From Blastocystis sp. Blastoise (lineage: Eukaryota; Protista; Bigyra: Opalinata), in the NCBI GenBank assembly GCA_039096225.1, contig JBBPEB010000003.1, positions 992,001 to 1,056,000 of the forward strand: 64,000 nt of DNA, read 5' to 3'. The translations under genes were made by a program, and so were the position numbers. Positions 1 through 13,491 of the stretch are shown here, piece by piece. Within the stretch, counting starts at the first letter, position 1; the number at the start of each line of letters is the position of its first letter. Under the pieces are notes generated by a model. The model worked only from the letters and a program-made list of their open reading frames with translations, was not told the origin of the DNA and made no database searches.

Positions 1-955
1 AGAACAAGCTCAACTTACTCTGTGTTCTGAAGCTACAGGAATAATCATGGAAATATTAGCAAATTTCCCACGTATAATTGTTATTAGTCAATATTATATT
101 TTTCTGCTTTTAATATATGTATTGTTATATATATATTATTTTTTATAATTATTATATATTGTATAAAATGAATTTATCTACAAATTTTATTTATTATATA
201 ATAATAATAATATATATATATATATATATTATAGATTCATATTCCGAGAATATATTGAAAGTGTTTTATGAAAATAATATTCACTTGATTTCTATTGCTA
301 TCATCAAAATACCTCTTCGTATATATATCAATTATTATATAAATAAAAAAACATATAAATTAATAAATAAATTACATATTCATTAATATATATAATTAAA
401 CATATATTCCTTGCTAATTATTATAATTACTCTCTGTATATATTCATTTATCTACATAGCTCTATCTGAAAAGACACTGAAAGCTGCTGAAAAAGAAGGT
501 ATTCATATTCCTCCTGCTCCTGAATTTATTAAAACATGGCCTCATGGAATACGAACGTCTGCTATGAAATTATTATCTAATCTTAGTTATCAAAATAAAT
601 ATATGCAGGATCTAGTATTTCGAATTATCATAATTTATTATTTTTCTATTTATATAAATTTAATTTAATTTATAATTTTTATTGTATAGATTCGTACAGA
701 AGGGTGTATTGTTCATATATTAGATAATATGAAAATAGATCAAGACAATCCAACACTTCGTGAATGGGCTCTTTTTACTGTATATATAAATCTATTTTAA
801 ATATATATATAAATTAATCTAAAAAAAATATTTATATATTTTAATAGGTTCGTAATATCACTGAAGATAACATTGAGAACCAACAGTATATCTCAGAAAT
901 TAAAGCTCAGCGTGTTCAAGTACAAGAACCATTACAAAAACTTGGTGTTCACTAA
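1..955 (+). CDS. ATXN10: Ataxin-10-like protein, 3' part (5' end outside window), spliced
   Basis: Spliced GT-AG exons give ...IRTEGCIVHILDNMKIDQDNPTLREWALFT|VRNITEDNIENQQYISEIKAQ..., matching the Ataxin-10 domain signature (D..NP..REWA....RN..E.N.ENQ). TAA at 953-955; an alternative last exon ending at 1070 is possible. Confidence 0.8.
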
Positions 956-1939
956 TTATAGTTACAATTCTTTGTTTTTCTTTTTTATTTTATTAAAATT
1001 TATTATTAATTTTGTTTTAGGGACATCACTCATTGTTTATTATGTCATATCCATTCATTTAATTTGCTAAATTAAGTCTGATTTCATTTTAAATACGACT
1101 AATTTATTATCCATTCTTTATTGAAACATAAACATTTTTAATTTTTTTGGCTCCATTTTTTTCCCACCATAATTATTAATCACTATGAAAAAAATACATT
1201 TATTGGGCATTTTTTATGTATTCTCTTGACTCTCGCATTTTGCCCGAAATCACTAATCAACCAATAATTTTGCGTGCTTTTTATAGCCATTCATTACAAT
1301 ATATAGAAGAAAAGCATCTCTCTAATTATTCATTTATCTTTTACTCATTTATTTGAAATGCTTTGATTTATTTGATTGTTTGAATTTGTTCTTGATTTCT
1401 TTCTAATGATATCTTGTGGATATTAAAGAGTTGTGATGCTTTATTAAAAGATCTAATTCTATTTAATAAGATAATTGAAAGTAACGATTTCTAATAGGAA
1501 GGTATATATAAATTAAATATATAAATACTATATAAAAGTATTTTTTTTACTTTTTTCTTCCGATTATTGACAATTTTGTGCACCTATATAAGGACACCTC
1601 TTCTCTCGATGGAGTTTTTCTGTCGTTCAAGATGATTGTTGATGATCGAAGACTATTTTTCGGAATACATAGTACACCTGAAGACTATTATTATAAATAA
1701 AAAATTTATTTTTTGTTCATTTTAATCAATACCCTTCTTGTGCCTCCTATTTTCCATTCATTTTGATTTAGTTAAATGAATTATCATTCATTTTTTCTAT
1801 TTTATTCTTTATTTATTTAGATATCGTGTTCCATCTATGGTATTCAAGTATGAAATACTTTTAGTAAAAACAGAATTCCATAATTAAGAAATAAAATACT
1901 TTTAAACAAGTAAATATTAGATTTATATATATATATAAT

Positions 1940-2042
1940 TGATGACATAATTCTATTCATATGGCTCGTTGTCAAAACGTATGGTCAACTATATTTGAAC
2001 ACTACGGCCGAATCGGGCCCAAAGAATATAGATTATGTCTGA
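1940..2042 (+). ncRNA. Candidate box C/D small RNA
   Basis: TGATGA at 1940 and CTGA at 2039-2042 enclose a GACATAA/TTATGTC stem and a GC-rich GGCC..GGCC hairpin in otherwise very AT-rich DNA. No family recognised. Confidence 0.35.
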
Positions 2043-2289
2043 TTTTATATCTGTTTTTTAGATAATATAAAGTCCTTAATTTTCTATTATATTTATTTTT
2101 TTTATAGGAATAAAAATTTGGCTGGTCATTCTTTGGATTCTTATGTATTTTTTTTTGAAATGAAATTCTATAAAGGTTTTATTAATAATTATTTTTTTTT
2201 GTTTTGTTATATTTTTAAAATTTTGGTTATTAAAGAAAACAAGAAATAAAAATAGATAGAGTTTATTCTAGATTATGTTAAGAAAGGAA

Positions 2290-4490
2290 TTAAAAGTAGT
2301 TATTGGCATAATGCATAGGACCAGGACCTTCATGAGGAACACCTTTGAAAGTAACATAATGAGGTTCAAGATCTTCTCCTATTCTCATAAGAGCACCTAA
2401 ATTACCACAAGAATCACAATAATTAGCAGCACTAAATAAAGTAATACATCTACCCTATATACATATATATAGAAGAATTTAATAAAATTTATATTATTTT
2501 AAAATGTAACTCAAATAATAATTATTTTTATTAATATATATAATATATAAATATATATTATATATACTCCATGAGTAACTTCATATCCATCATCTTTCAT
2601 TTCATGAGAACGAACAAGATATTTCAAATTATTACGATTTAAGAAGTCTTCAGTCACATCTTTACCGAACTGAACTCCAGCTCCTCGTCGACTTAATACA
2701 GTTCCTTTTCCTTCATAAGGATCAGACCATAAGATCTCTTCCTTTAAACCTATATAACGATGAATATATATATATATATAATAAATGAATTAAGAGGATA
2801 GATAATAATTGTTTTGATTATTAGAAAAAATGCTTAAAATATATATATAATTTACCTCCATCTTTATCATTAAAACGATTAATTTTATTGATATCTTCTA
2901 ACGTGACATTTGATTCTTTAAATAATCCTCCATGTAATATAAGAACTTGATTTTGAAGAAGAGCAGCAAGAGGAAGAGTATTAAACACTTCAGTAAATAA
3001 ATCCATAACTGTTTGATTATATTTATATAATACTTCACCTTCAAATCCAAACATCTTATTAATAGAAGTTTCGTGATTACCTCTTAATAAATATATACTA
3101 TTATTATCAAGTAATTTATATGAAAACAATAGCATAGCAACTTCTACTGAAAAACTACCTCTATCAGTGAAATCACCATTAAATAAATAAGGATTTGAAG
3201 ATGAAGGGACACCATTAATTGAAAATATATTTAATAAATCAAAAAATTGACCATGAACATCACCACATAAAGTGAATTCTTTCTTTCCAGTTTGAGGGAC
3301 TTGCAACGGAAGAATATTGGGTAATGTCTTAAATAAACGTTGAATTTGTAATAATATCGATATAACATAACTATATAAATAGGATAGATAAATATTGATT
3401 GATAAAAATGAATTGCAATAAATAAAAAACAATAAATAATAAATAAATATAATAAATATTTTAAATAAATAAATAATAAATAATAAATAATAAATAATAA
3501 AAATAAATACCGTCTATGAAGAGATCCTAATTTACGATATAACTCTGTTAATTCATTAATAAATTGTAGAGTGACTTTTCCTTCTCCTTCTCCTTCTAAA
3601 CGAGGACCCATATAAGATGAATCAACAGCTATATATACAAACATATAAACATATAATATATAAATATATAAATACAAAAACATAAATATATAAATACAAA
3701 TATAAAAAAAAAATATAAACACATATATTTATATATATATATATAATAATAATAAATTACTATAACTATTAATATCAATTGTTTCTAAAATAGAAGGTGG
3801 TTCTTCCATTCTTAAAGCTTCTTCAAATTGTTTACGTTTCCATTCTTTTCGACATTCAGTTAAACGAGTCAATATTTGCTTATATATAAAAATACCATAA
3901 ATAATTATTATAAATACTATTATAAATAACCTATTTACATATATATATATATATATATATATACTTATCCTTTGGACTCTTCTTATTACAGAGAATATAA
4001 TCTTTTAAAGCATTTTCTAAGTCTCCAAGATAATAATGAGCAGATGCACGACGATAATAACTATATAAAGCAAATAAAATGAAATAATCACAAAACATAT
4101 AACAAAAATGTCTCAACAATAGTATTTATAAAAAACAAATTCAAATTATAAAGCTTAAAAATCGAAGAAATACCCTTTTACGAATGAAGGGTCTATCTTA
4201 ATAGCATTCTCAGAATCTGTAAATGCTTCACCATAACATTCTAACTTTAAATTACAAAATGAACGATTACCTATATAAATATGAATAAACTCAATAAAAA
4301 AAAACAAATTATGAAAACTAACGAAGAATCAATCAGTATATCGTATACAATAAAGAGGCGCTGTCTCCTTGAATGCTAAAGCTTGAGAATAAAATTCATA
4401 AGCTTCCTTATAATTTTGTTTTTTAAATTGCTCGTTTCCAAGATTCTTTAAAGAATCCGATCGTTCTTCATCTGTTTGAATGTCACTCAT
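2290..4490 (-). CDS. PPP5C: Serine/threonine protein phosphatase 5 (TPR repeats + PPP metallophosphatase), ~8 exons
   Basis: N-terminal TPRs (LKNLGNEQFK..Y.EA..FYSQAL; YYRRASAHYYLG), PPP motifs GDVHGQ, GDFTDRG, RGNHE, LWSDP, VRSHE, FSAANYCD, C-terminal VPHEGPGPMHYAN. ATG at 4490, TAA at 2290-2292. Confidence 0.95.
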
Positions 4491-5691
4491 CAAAATAAGA
4501 GAAATAAACAACTATCAATAGAAATTAATTATTTTCTTCAAAAAAAAAAAAGAATACTTCATTTTTGAATATTTTTCAGATCATAACTGATTTTTCAATT
4601 CATAAACGGATTCAGTTTAGTTATTTATTATTTGTTTTATCCTTTATTCTCATTATTTTTTAAATAGTTTAATTGCTATTCAAAGATGATATTCTAGAGT
4701 GTTTCTCTTTATTTATAAATCAAACGAAAAACCAGTAATGAAAAAGAATAGTTGCTAATTTAGTTGCTTATATTAGGATCTCAAGTGTTTTGAATGTTGT
4801 AGAATAGAATACTTTATTTGAATCAACATAATATATTCTTTTACGTACTGATTCATTTCAAACGGTGATTTCTAAAAATTGTTATGGTTCTAGTTTATCT
4901 GGAATTGATTAGAAATAAAGTGCGAAAAACAATAAAGTATCTTTTTAGTTATATTTATGATGTTTTTAGATTATTCAAGAATTTTGAGTCATTTTTCTAT
5001 GCTATATATTCTGAAAAAAAATTAGTATAATGAAATGAGATTACTATACGCATAAAGAATATACAAAATATTACACTATCATAAACTACTAATTTATAGA
5101 TCAGATTCGCTTCAATTTCACTTTATGAAGAAACAATACATTTTTTGATGCGTATAAAGTCACACAATGCCGGATTAAGCTAGAATCAAAAACAATACTC
5201 TTGCAATTGATCCACTAACAAAATTTTGTAATTCTCTCTATTGATACACAATCTATGCAAAATATAACTAACAGAATTCAACATGTGTTCTTATTAATGA
5301 ATTTAAAAGAATCCACTATCTACCATTTCTAGGAATCCTCCTAAACATGTCATGACAAAAGATTACATAAATATTTCTCTATCTCCGCAAATATAATCGA
5401 ATTTATGGGTGAAATCATGTATATTATCTTGATTATTATAAAGCTGATAAAAAGAAATTTTCAAGAAAAAGATAATACCAATTGAATGGCTAACAATTAT
5501 CCAATAATATTATCTATATCTTAGCATAAACCAATGATTTCCGTCAGAATTGCAGAATTCTGCTGTTATGAAAAAAAAAATAGAAATCGTTCTCTTACGA
5601 TCAAATTCTTACGGATAATTCATAGCAACATTACAATATATCAAATATCAAATTCTTAAATATATGTTTATTTCAATATTAGAATTATTTA

Positions 5692-8600
5692 ATGAAGCTT
5701 TTCAAGATATTTTCTTTCTTTTTACTTGCATATATATGTATGTTTTCATCATTTATTTTTTGTTTTTATTTTCCTTTATAAATAATAATTTATTAATTCT
5801 TTATATCTTTTTTAGGTATGGCAAGCTGCTCTATTGGTGAGTATGAAGTCATTGTTCAAAGACAATACATGAATAACCCTGGTGAAATTATCCAACTATA
5901 TTCTGATGAATCTACTAATTTGAGAAGAAGTTTTGTTTTTCGTGACGTATCTTCTTCTCAGCAATATTCTACGATTAATTACAGAGTCTGTTTATATGGA
6001 GATACTAATTATAATCTTGAGTTATTATCAGAGTATTTTTTTTTTCATATTACTTAAAGTATTATTATTTATATATATGTATAGAAATACTGTTTCTTGG
6101 ACTGAAGAATCTTATGTTACTCTGATATATAATAAGATCATTATTGCTAATGGACGATTAAATACTGTGGATAATGAAAGAAAAATCATATTATTTAATT
6201 GTATATATATATTTATAATTATTTTATTCGTTAATAAAAACATATTTTTATATCTAGTATCTTCTCTTGTTTCTTCAAATACTGATTGGAAATATTCTCC
6301 TTTTGCTGATTCTGTTTCTTGGAAAGAAAATCAATTAGGTAATTGGGGTAAAGAATATAACGATAAAAAAATAAAGAATACGGAAATAACAACTTATTTT
6401 AGAAAAGATATATTTATTAATGGATCTTTTAGTGTTCTTCAATTAGCTGTTCAAAGTCAAAGTGGATTTATTGTTTATGTCAATGGAATTCAAGTGTATA
6501 CGTATTTATTACCGGAGTATGTTATTGGTTTATTTTATTATTATTTTATATTTTATTTTATTTTATTAATAATATTTAATTTTATATTATACTATTTATT
6601 ATATATATTTTTTTTAAATATAATTTTATTACATATAGATTTAATATCACACATACAACTCCTTCTCAATCTATTGAAGATTCACCTACTTATAAACAAA
6701 TTCTTATTCCTCAAGAAATACTTGCTTCCTCTGTTTCTCTTACTACATTAAAAATAGCTATTGAATTACATACTAATATTAATCATCCTGAACTTCTTTC
6801 TTCCTTTGATGCTCTCATTTATTTTACAAATTCTATAGGTATATTTATTCAATATATATGATTATATTATTTTATATATAGATTATTTGGATATTTTATC
6901 TCCTCTTTCTATTGGTTGTTCTACATCTCATCCTCTTTCGTCAACTGCCTGTAATTCACTTCTTCATTATAACAATACCATACCTATTCCTATTCAAGAG
7001 AATTATGCCTCATTCTATATCTCTTCTGTCTCTCCTCTTTATATAAATGGATATAAAATGAAATTTAAGAATAATAATATTCCTAAAGAATGCAAGATCT
7101 ATGGTTCTAATAATAAGAATACTGAATGGATATTAATTGATTCTATAGATCATAGTAGTAATACTACTTTATATAAAGCCTCATCTCCTTTCCAATACTA
7201 TAAATATTATAGATTGGATCTTTCTTCCTATTCTTCCTTTGATATATATTCTATACAATTTATTTATCTTTCTTCTTCTTCTAAAATTAATAAACCAAGA
7301 AGACTTGAAGACCCAACTGTTACTATTAATGTAAATATGAATGAATATTTACCTCCAACTGATTTATGTACATCACTTCAAATTAATCCTCCGTTTACTA
7401 TTGTAGAGATATCTCCAAGTTTACCTGATGGATTAACAATTAATGAAGATTGCTATATATATGGTACTCCTGTTAAGTACAAACGAAAGGGAAACTATAA
7501 AGTCACGTTTAATACTGAAATTGATGGTGTTTCGACAAACATATTTATCACACTTAATGTCAATATGTATTGTTCTTCTCGTGAATGTGTAATAGTTCGG
7601 TTAATACGATATACTCCTGCAGAGGCTATTGAAGAAACGGTTATTATTAGAGATGAAAATAAGAATATTATTCAAACACATATTCTATCAAGAGCACAAA
7701 AATCAACTACTGACCTTTTTTTGCATATAGATGAACAATTATCATTTGAGTTATCTGCTAGGAATAATGAAATGTGGGATTCTGATTCTTATATGATTGT
7801 AGGTGTTAAAAATAATATTATAGGTACATTTACTAATCTAACTATAATAAGAAATGTATTTAAACCTCATGAAATTCATTATATAAACCTGCATGCCCCT
7901 CTTTTATTTGGATCTGAATGGAAATATAAGTTTTATTCTTTTCTCACATGGCCTTCAGATTGGTATGGATTATCGATTGATACGTCAAACTGGGGTACTG
8001 TCAAATATTTAAGTAGTTCAGGGTCTGTATCACCTGTAGGATGCTTTGTATTTCGTAAAACTATTCCTACTCCAAATATAGAAGGTCAAACTGGATGGTT
8101 TTTAAGTTATAACGTACCATATAATGCAAAAGTATATATAAATGAGCATGAAATAGCAGTCTATGGTTTTCAAGATGACCTCCAAAACACAGGGCGTTTG
8201 AATCATTCATGGAAACAATCATCAGGTCCTATTTCTCTATTTGATAATAAAGATACAATTACTATCTCTGTATTGATATTTCAGGTATTGCCACGATATA
8301 TATACTTTGATGCATTTCTTCTCATTCTTGTTGATTATACTTTACCTATATATGTGAATAATACTATTAGTTGCGATGACTGTAATACTTATTTTGAAAA
8401 TAACATAGTTGATCATAGGTATAGTTCTTATGGTTATATAATTTTTACAAATTATTATAATACATTTTCTTTATTATTAAATAATACAAATGGATTTAAC
8501 GTAATAACTAGATATCAACTAGTATTTCGTCAAGCAGACCATGTAATATGGAAAACATATGCTGTTGATAATCTTGGAGAACTATATTTACTTAGTGATA

Positions 8601-11600
8601 TGCAAGAACCTAATTTAGCAAAGGATCATCATAATATTTTCTTCCCATATAATAGAATGGGAATAAACACATTAAAAATTACTGGCCAATTATATGAACA
8701 AACTCCACAATACTTGAGAATATCAGAATTTATTTTCTTTGTAGATGAAATGACCCCTGAAAACATACCTATGTTTTCTACATCATCTTTATTATATACT
8801 ATTTATAATAATACAAGTGTATTTATTCCTATAAAGAATTCTTATACATATAAGGACTTCAGTATATCTCCACAACTTCCTAATGGATGTTCTATTAATC
8901 CATATGATGGTACTATATCAGGTATTCTTATAGGAAAAGAAGGAACAACACAATATACTATAACAGCTATTTCTTGGTTTGATACAACACGTAGTTATGC
9001 TTTTTCCATCCAAATTATATCGTGTAAACTTCCTAACTCTTTAGTACATATACAATATAATTATAATAATGCAAATAAGAATACACTTAATATTACTAAT
9101 TCTCTAACGAATGTTTCTCTTTTTTCTATAACTCATGAATCTAAAGAAGGATCTGAACAATATAATTTATGTTTATATATCGGTTCATATAGTATTTCAT
9201 GGTATGTATCAAATATTGTAGAAAGTCGTTCGTCTTATTTATATATAAATAATCAACTAGATCAAACATTGAATTATAATACAACAACTACATTTTATAT
9301 AAAGCAATTATTTGATTCTGCTACTACATCAATTCTATATTCTTATGATGCTATTACTCCTCCTAAACATTGGAATACAAACTTATTTAATGATAATTTA
9401 TGGTCTACTGTTCCTTCTTCTTCTTCTCTTCCTGATGTTCCTAGTGATAGTATTACTCAATATTATAGAATACATTATACTATAAATGAACTGATGAATA
9501 TGTTTAATAGACTAGCTATAACTGTATCAACATATGCTGGTATGATTATATATATAAATGGAATAGAAATAAGAAGAGTCAATATGGATAATGTTATTTC
9601 TTCTTTCTATAATACACCTGCTACAACTGAATATGAAGAATATATATCGTTTAGATCTGTTATTAGTTTAGCTATGCATTCTAATATATTATTTGTTGGA
9701 GATAATATTATAGGTATAGAAATACATAAAATGAATACTATTATTTCGCCATCTGATGGATTCTTTGTTTCTTTGAGTTATTTAAATGATAAAGATCAAA
9801 CTCCATTTACAGATGAATATTCTTCAAATCATAATGTACATTCTGAAAATCCTTTGTCATTACTTTCTGATAATAATGCACTTACATATACTCTTTTATA
9901 TGGTCCTTGTGTTGGTACTTTATTAACTTATACATTAGATGAGAATGAGAAGAACTATATAAATCATGTTGAAATGATTATTGAAGCTAATAATATGCTT
10001 TTTTATACTCCTTCTGCTTTTATAGTAGAAGGATATAATGATACTGACAATACATGGATATCTATTCAAACAATAAAAAGTGATCTATCGAATTCGAATA
10101 CTATAGCATTAGAATTAATTAGCAAATATAGTTATACATCTTATCGTATTCGAATAACTGAATGTACTATTGACAATATGAGTTCTAATAGTGAACTTGA
10201 CGTTGTTACAATAATATATGAATTGACATTTAGTTATAAATCAATTGATTCTAAATGTCATGAAGAAGGTTGGTCTTATGCATATACAAATGATTACTCT
10301 TATAAATTATGTCCAAAAGGATATACTAGTGATACTAAACGATTATGTAAGGATACTATATTACAAGAGATCCTAGGTGATAATATATGTAAGAAGATAT
10401 ATCCTACAACATTATTTGTTAATAATAATAATATATTAATGAAAAGAAGTCATGAGTATGAACAATATTATTCTATAGATAGTATAAACACTGAAGTTAT
10501 TATTACTCCATCTCTTCCTGAAGGTATTGAATTAGATACTGAATCCCAAAGAATTTATGGTACTCCTACTAGTGTATCTCCTACTACCAAATATAGATTC
10601 TCCTATATAAATGATAATAATGATGATATTGAACTATTATTTGATATATCTATAGTTGTAAAAGAACCTTTTTGTGTTAGCGAGAATGGTTGGGAATCAA
10701 CTGATCCATTAACAACAATAACTAAGAATTGTCCTCAAGGATATGAAGGTGAAATAACAAGATATTGTAATGAAACTATTAATTGGGAAGAAGAAAATAT
10801 GGACAATTGTCAATTTATAGGTAATAAACCATGTCTTGGTACAACTTATTATGATAATAATGAATGTATAGAATGTGTTAATGGAATAGTATCTCCATTA
10901 GATGGTAATAATTATCTATGTACATATTGTGAGGATCATTATTTTTCTTATGATAATCAATGTCTTCCTGAAAGTGCTACTTGTGATCAAAGAATAATGG
11001 TTACTTATATATATCCTGAAACTCGAATTATGAAGAATGCTGCTGTCAATTGTACTAATGAAAGTCAATATGGTTATTATCAAGTATTTTGTGATTATAT
11101 TGACACAATACCTACATGGTCTGATACTATAAATACAGATTTTTGTTGTATATATATATTTGATTTAATTATTGATTGTTTTCTAATAATAATTATATTT
11201 ATGTATACTATTATATTGCTCATTATTATTTGTAATTCTACTCTTAGTTTTAAATATTTTAATATTATTGTTATTTATATTTTAATTCTATAATAATAAT
11301 AAATAATTTCTATAGATCCACGACCTATTTCTGTTCCAGGAAAAGCATTAGAGGTTTTAGAGTATTCTTTTGAAATGAAATCTTCTATTGAGGATATTTA
11401 TTCCTTATTAATTACTGTAGCTAGAACATTTATTTATACATATCGATATCAATTAACAGACTTACTTCTTACTACAAATTATACAAGTGATACTAATGTA
11501 TATTATTTATTTTATTTTATTATTTATTATATTATTTTATTATATTATTATATTATTATATTATTATATTATTTATTATATTATTTATTATATTATTTAT

Positions 11601-12439
11601 TATATTATTTATTATATTATTTATTATTTATTATTTATTATTTATTATTTATTATTTATTATTTATTATATTATTTATTATTTATTATTTATTATTTATT
11701 ATTTATTATTTATTATTTATTATTTATTATTTATTATTTATTATTTATTATTTATTATTTATTATTACTATAGTCAGCTGATTCCCTTGTTCTTCATGTA
11801 TATTATGGTTCAAATATATATTTTTATTCTTCATCTTCATCTTCTTCTTATCATTATCATTCATTTATAAATACTATTATAAGCTCACCCAATTCTCAAT
11901 TTAAGAATTCTTCGCTTATTCATACAAATCTAGATCCACAAGAAATGATTGGATATTGTCAACATCCTCTTGATAGTAATATTAAAATACTATTAAATCA
12001 ATTTTATACTTCATATACAATTACAGATAATATTTATCGTTATGAAACTTATTTCTGTAAACAAAATCAATTAGAATATACAGCTATTCCTGCTTATTTC
12101 TCTACTGTAAATACTCAAAATAAATATATTCTTCAAATACAGTTTACAAATGTTTATGGATCTTGGATTTATCCTGAAGAATATATTTCTATATATCGTT
12201 CACTATTATTATCTTTTCATGTTGTTCTTCAAGAATTAAAAATGATTTATATAGAATCTAATTTATCTTCTATTAATTCTCTTGATTTTGGATATTTGTT
12301 TAATATACCTGAAAATATTCAAATAGGCAAGGAAAATCTTTCTACTATTTTGGATGAATTATTATTAATACATAAAGTCTCTAATAGCATACATTTTAAG
12401 TATGAAAGTATTGCTATCGAAGTGAAACAATTCTATTAA
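5692..12439 (+). CDS. Large secreted/surface protein: galactose-binding-like beta-sandwich modules, F5/8-type-C-like modules, three putative-Ig (He_PIG-like) repeats, Cys-rich modules
   Basis: Signal peptide MKLFKIFSFFLLAYI-. Repeated WKY...YFRK...G.IVY.NG modules. LP.G..I....I.G(TP) Ig repeats. C-x4-W-x9-CP.GY.G...R.C modules and a CxxC Cys-rich stretch. 1468-aa central ORF; last exon ends at TAA 12439. Confidence 0.75.
11515..11770. repeat. Intronic (TTATTTA)n / (TATTATTTATTA)n low-complexity repeat
   Basis: Directly visible; source of the spurious IIYYLLF-repeat ORFs. Confidence 0.9.
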
Positions 12440-13491
12440 ATCTTATATTAATATTTTAATTATTATTATAATTTTAACATCATTTATATATATTTTTTTA
12501 TTTATAGCTTTTAATTATGTATATATAATCTTATTTTATTATTTATTCATTTTATCTCTATTATTTATTCATTTTATCTATTATTTATCTTTTAAAATCA
12601 TTTTTTTAATCATAGTATTCATAGTAATGTAATTTTGATTTCACTTATATTTTTATAGTATATATATGCTTTTCTTTTACATAATAAAATTCATTTTTTT
12701 TTTAAATTTTAATTGTTTTTCCTTTAATTATATATATTTATTATTTGTGATATTTTTAATGTAATTTTTTTTTTGATGATATTATCTATTATCTATTATT
12801 TTGCGTAATTATATATATATATGTATTACTCTTTATATTATTTATTGCATTATAAAAATTTCTATTATTATTATTATTACTTATCTTATTATTATGTTAT
12901 CATATATATAGAATACACTTTATTAATATATAATACTAATATTCATCATCTTTTTATATAAATTTTTTTTATTGATATATCTTTGCTGTTCTTTTTTAAG
13001 ATATATCCTCTCTTAACCATCAAAAATTATCTTATTTCCAAATTCTTATTATTCATAATTCTTATCAATATCATATCTACAAATTCACATTCTTATTTAT
13101 ATATTTTTCTAGTTTTTATTAAGTATTAGAATTATGATCTTTAATGTGTTTTGTGTTCTATTGAAAGACATATAAATTTGAGAAAATTAATAATCATATC
13201 TTTCTATGTTTAAGTAATATATATAAAATAGTTGAAAAAAGTTCTTTTTAATAAATTATATTGATCAAAGAATATAAAAGAAATAATGATATCAAAAACC
13301 AAAAACTACTTTATAGAATAGAACATTTATTGTTCTTTTTCGTAGATAGAGAGAAGGGAAAGTATTTTTGATTTATATATCTTTGATTCCTTCATAAATA
13401 ACTCAAAAAATTTTAATTCCTAGAAGATCATATATAATTGAATGCATATAACAAATAACATACAATAGCATTATTTGTTTTCGATAAATTG

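Noticed and set aside
5045-5156. Inverted repeat TATACGCAT / ATGCGTATA about 100 bp apart
   Set aside because: Only 9 bp, with no target-site duplication or second copy; not supportable as a MITE or ncRNA.
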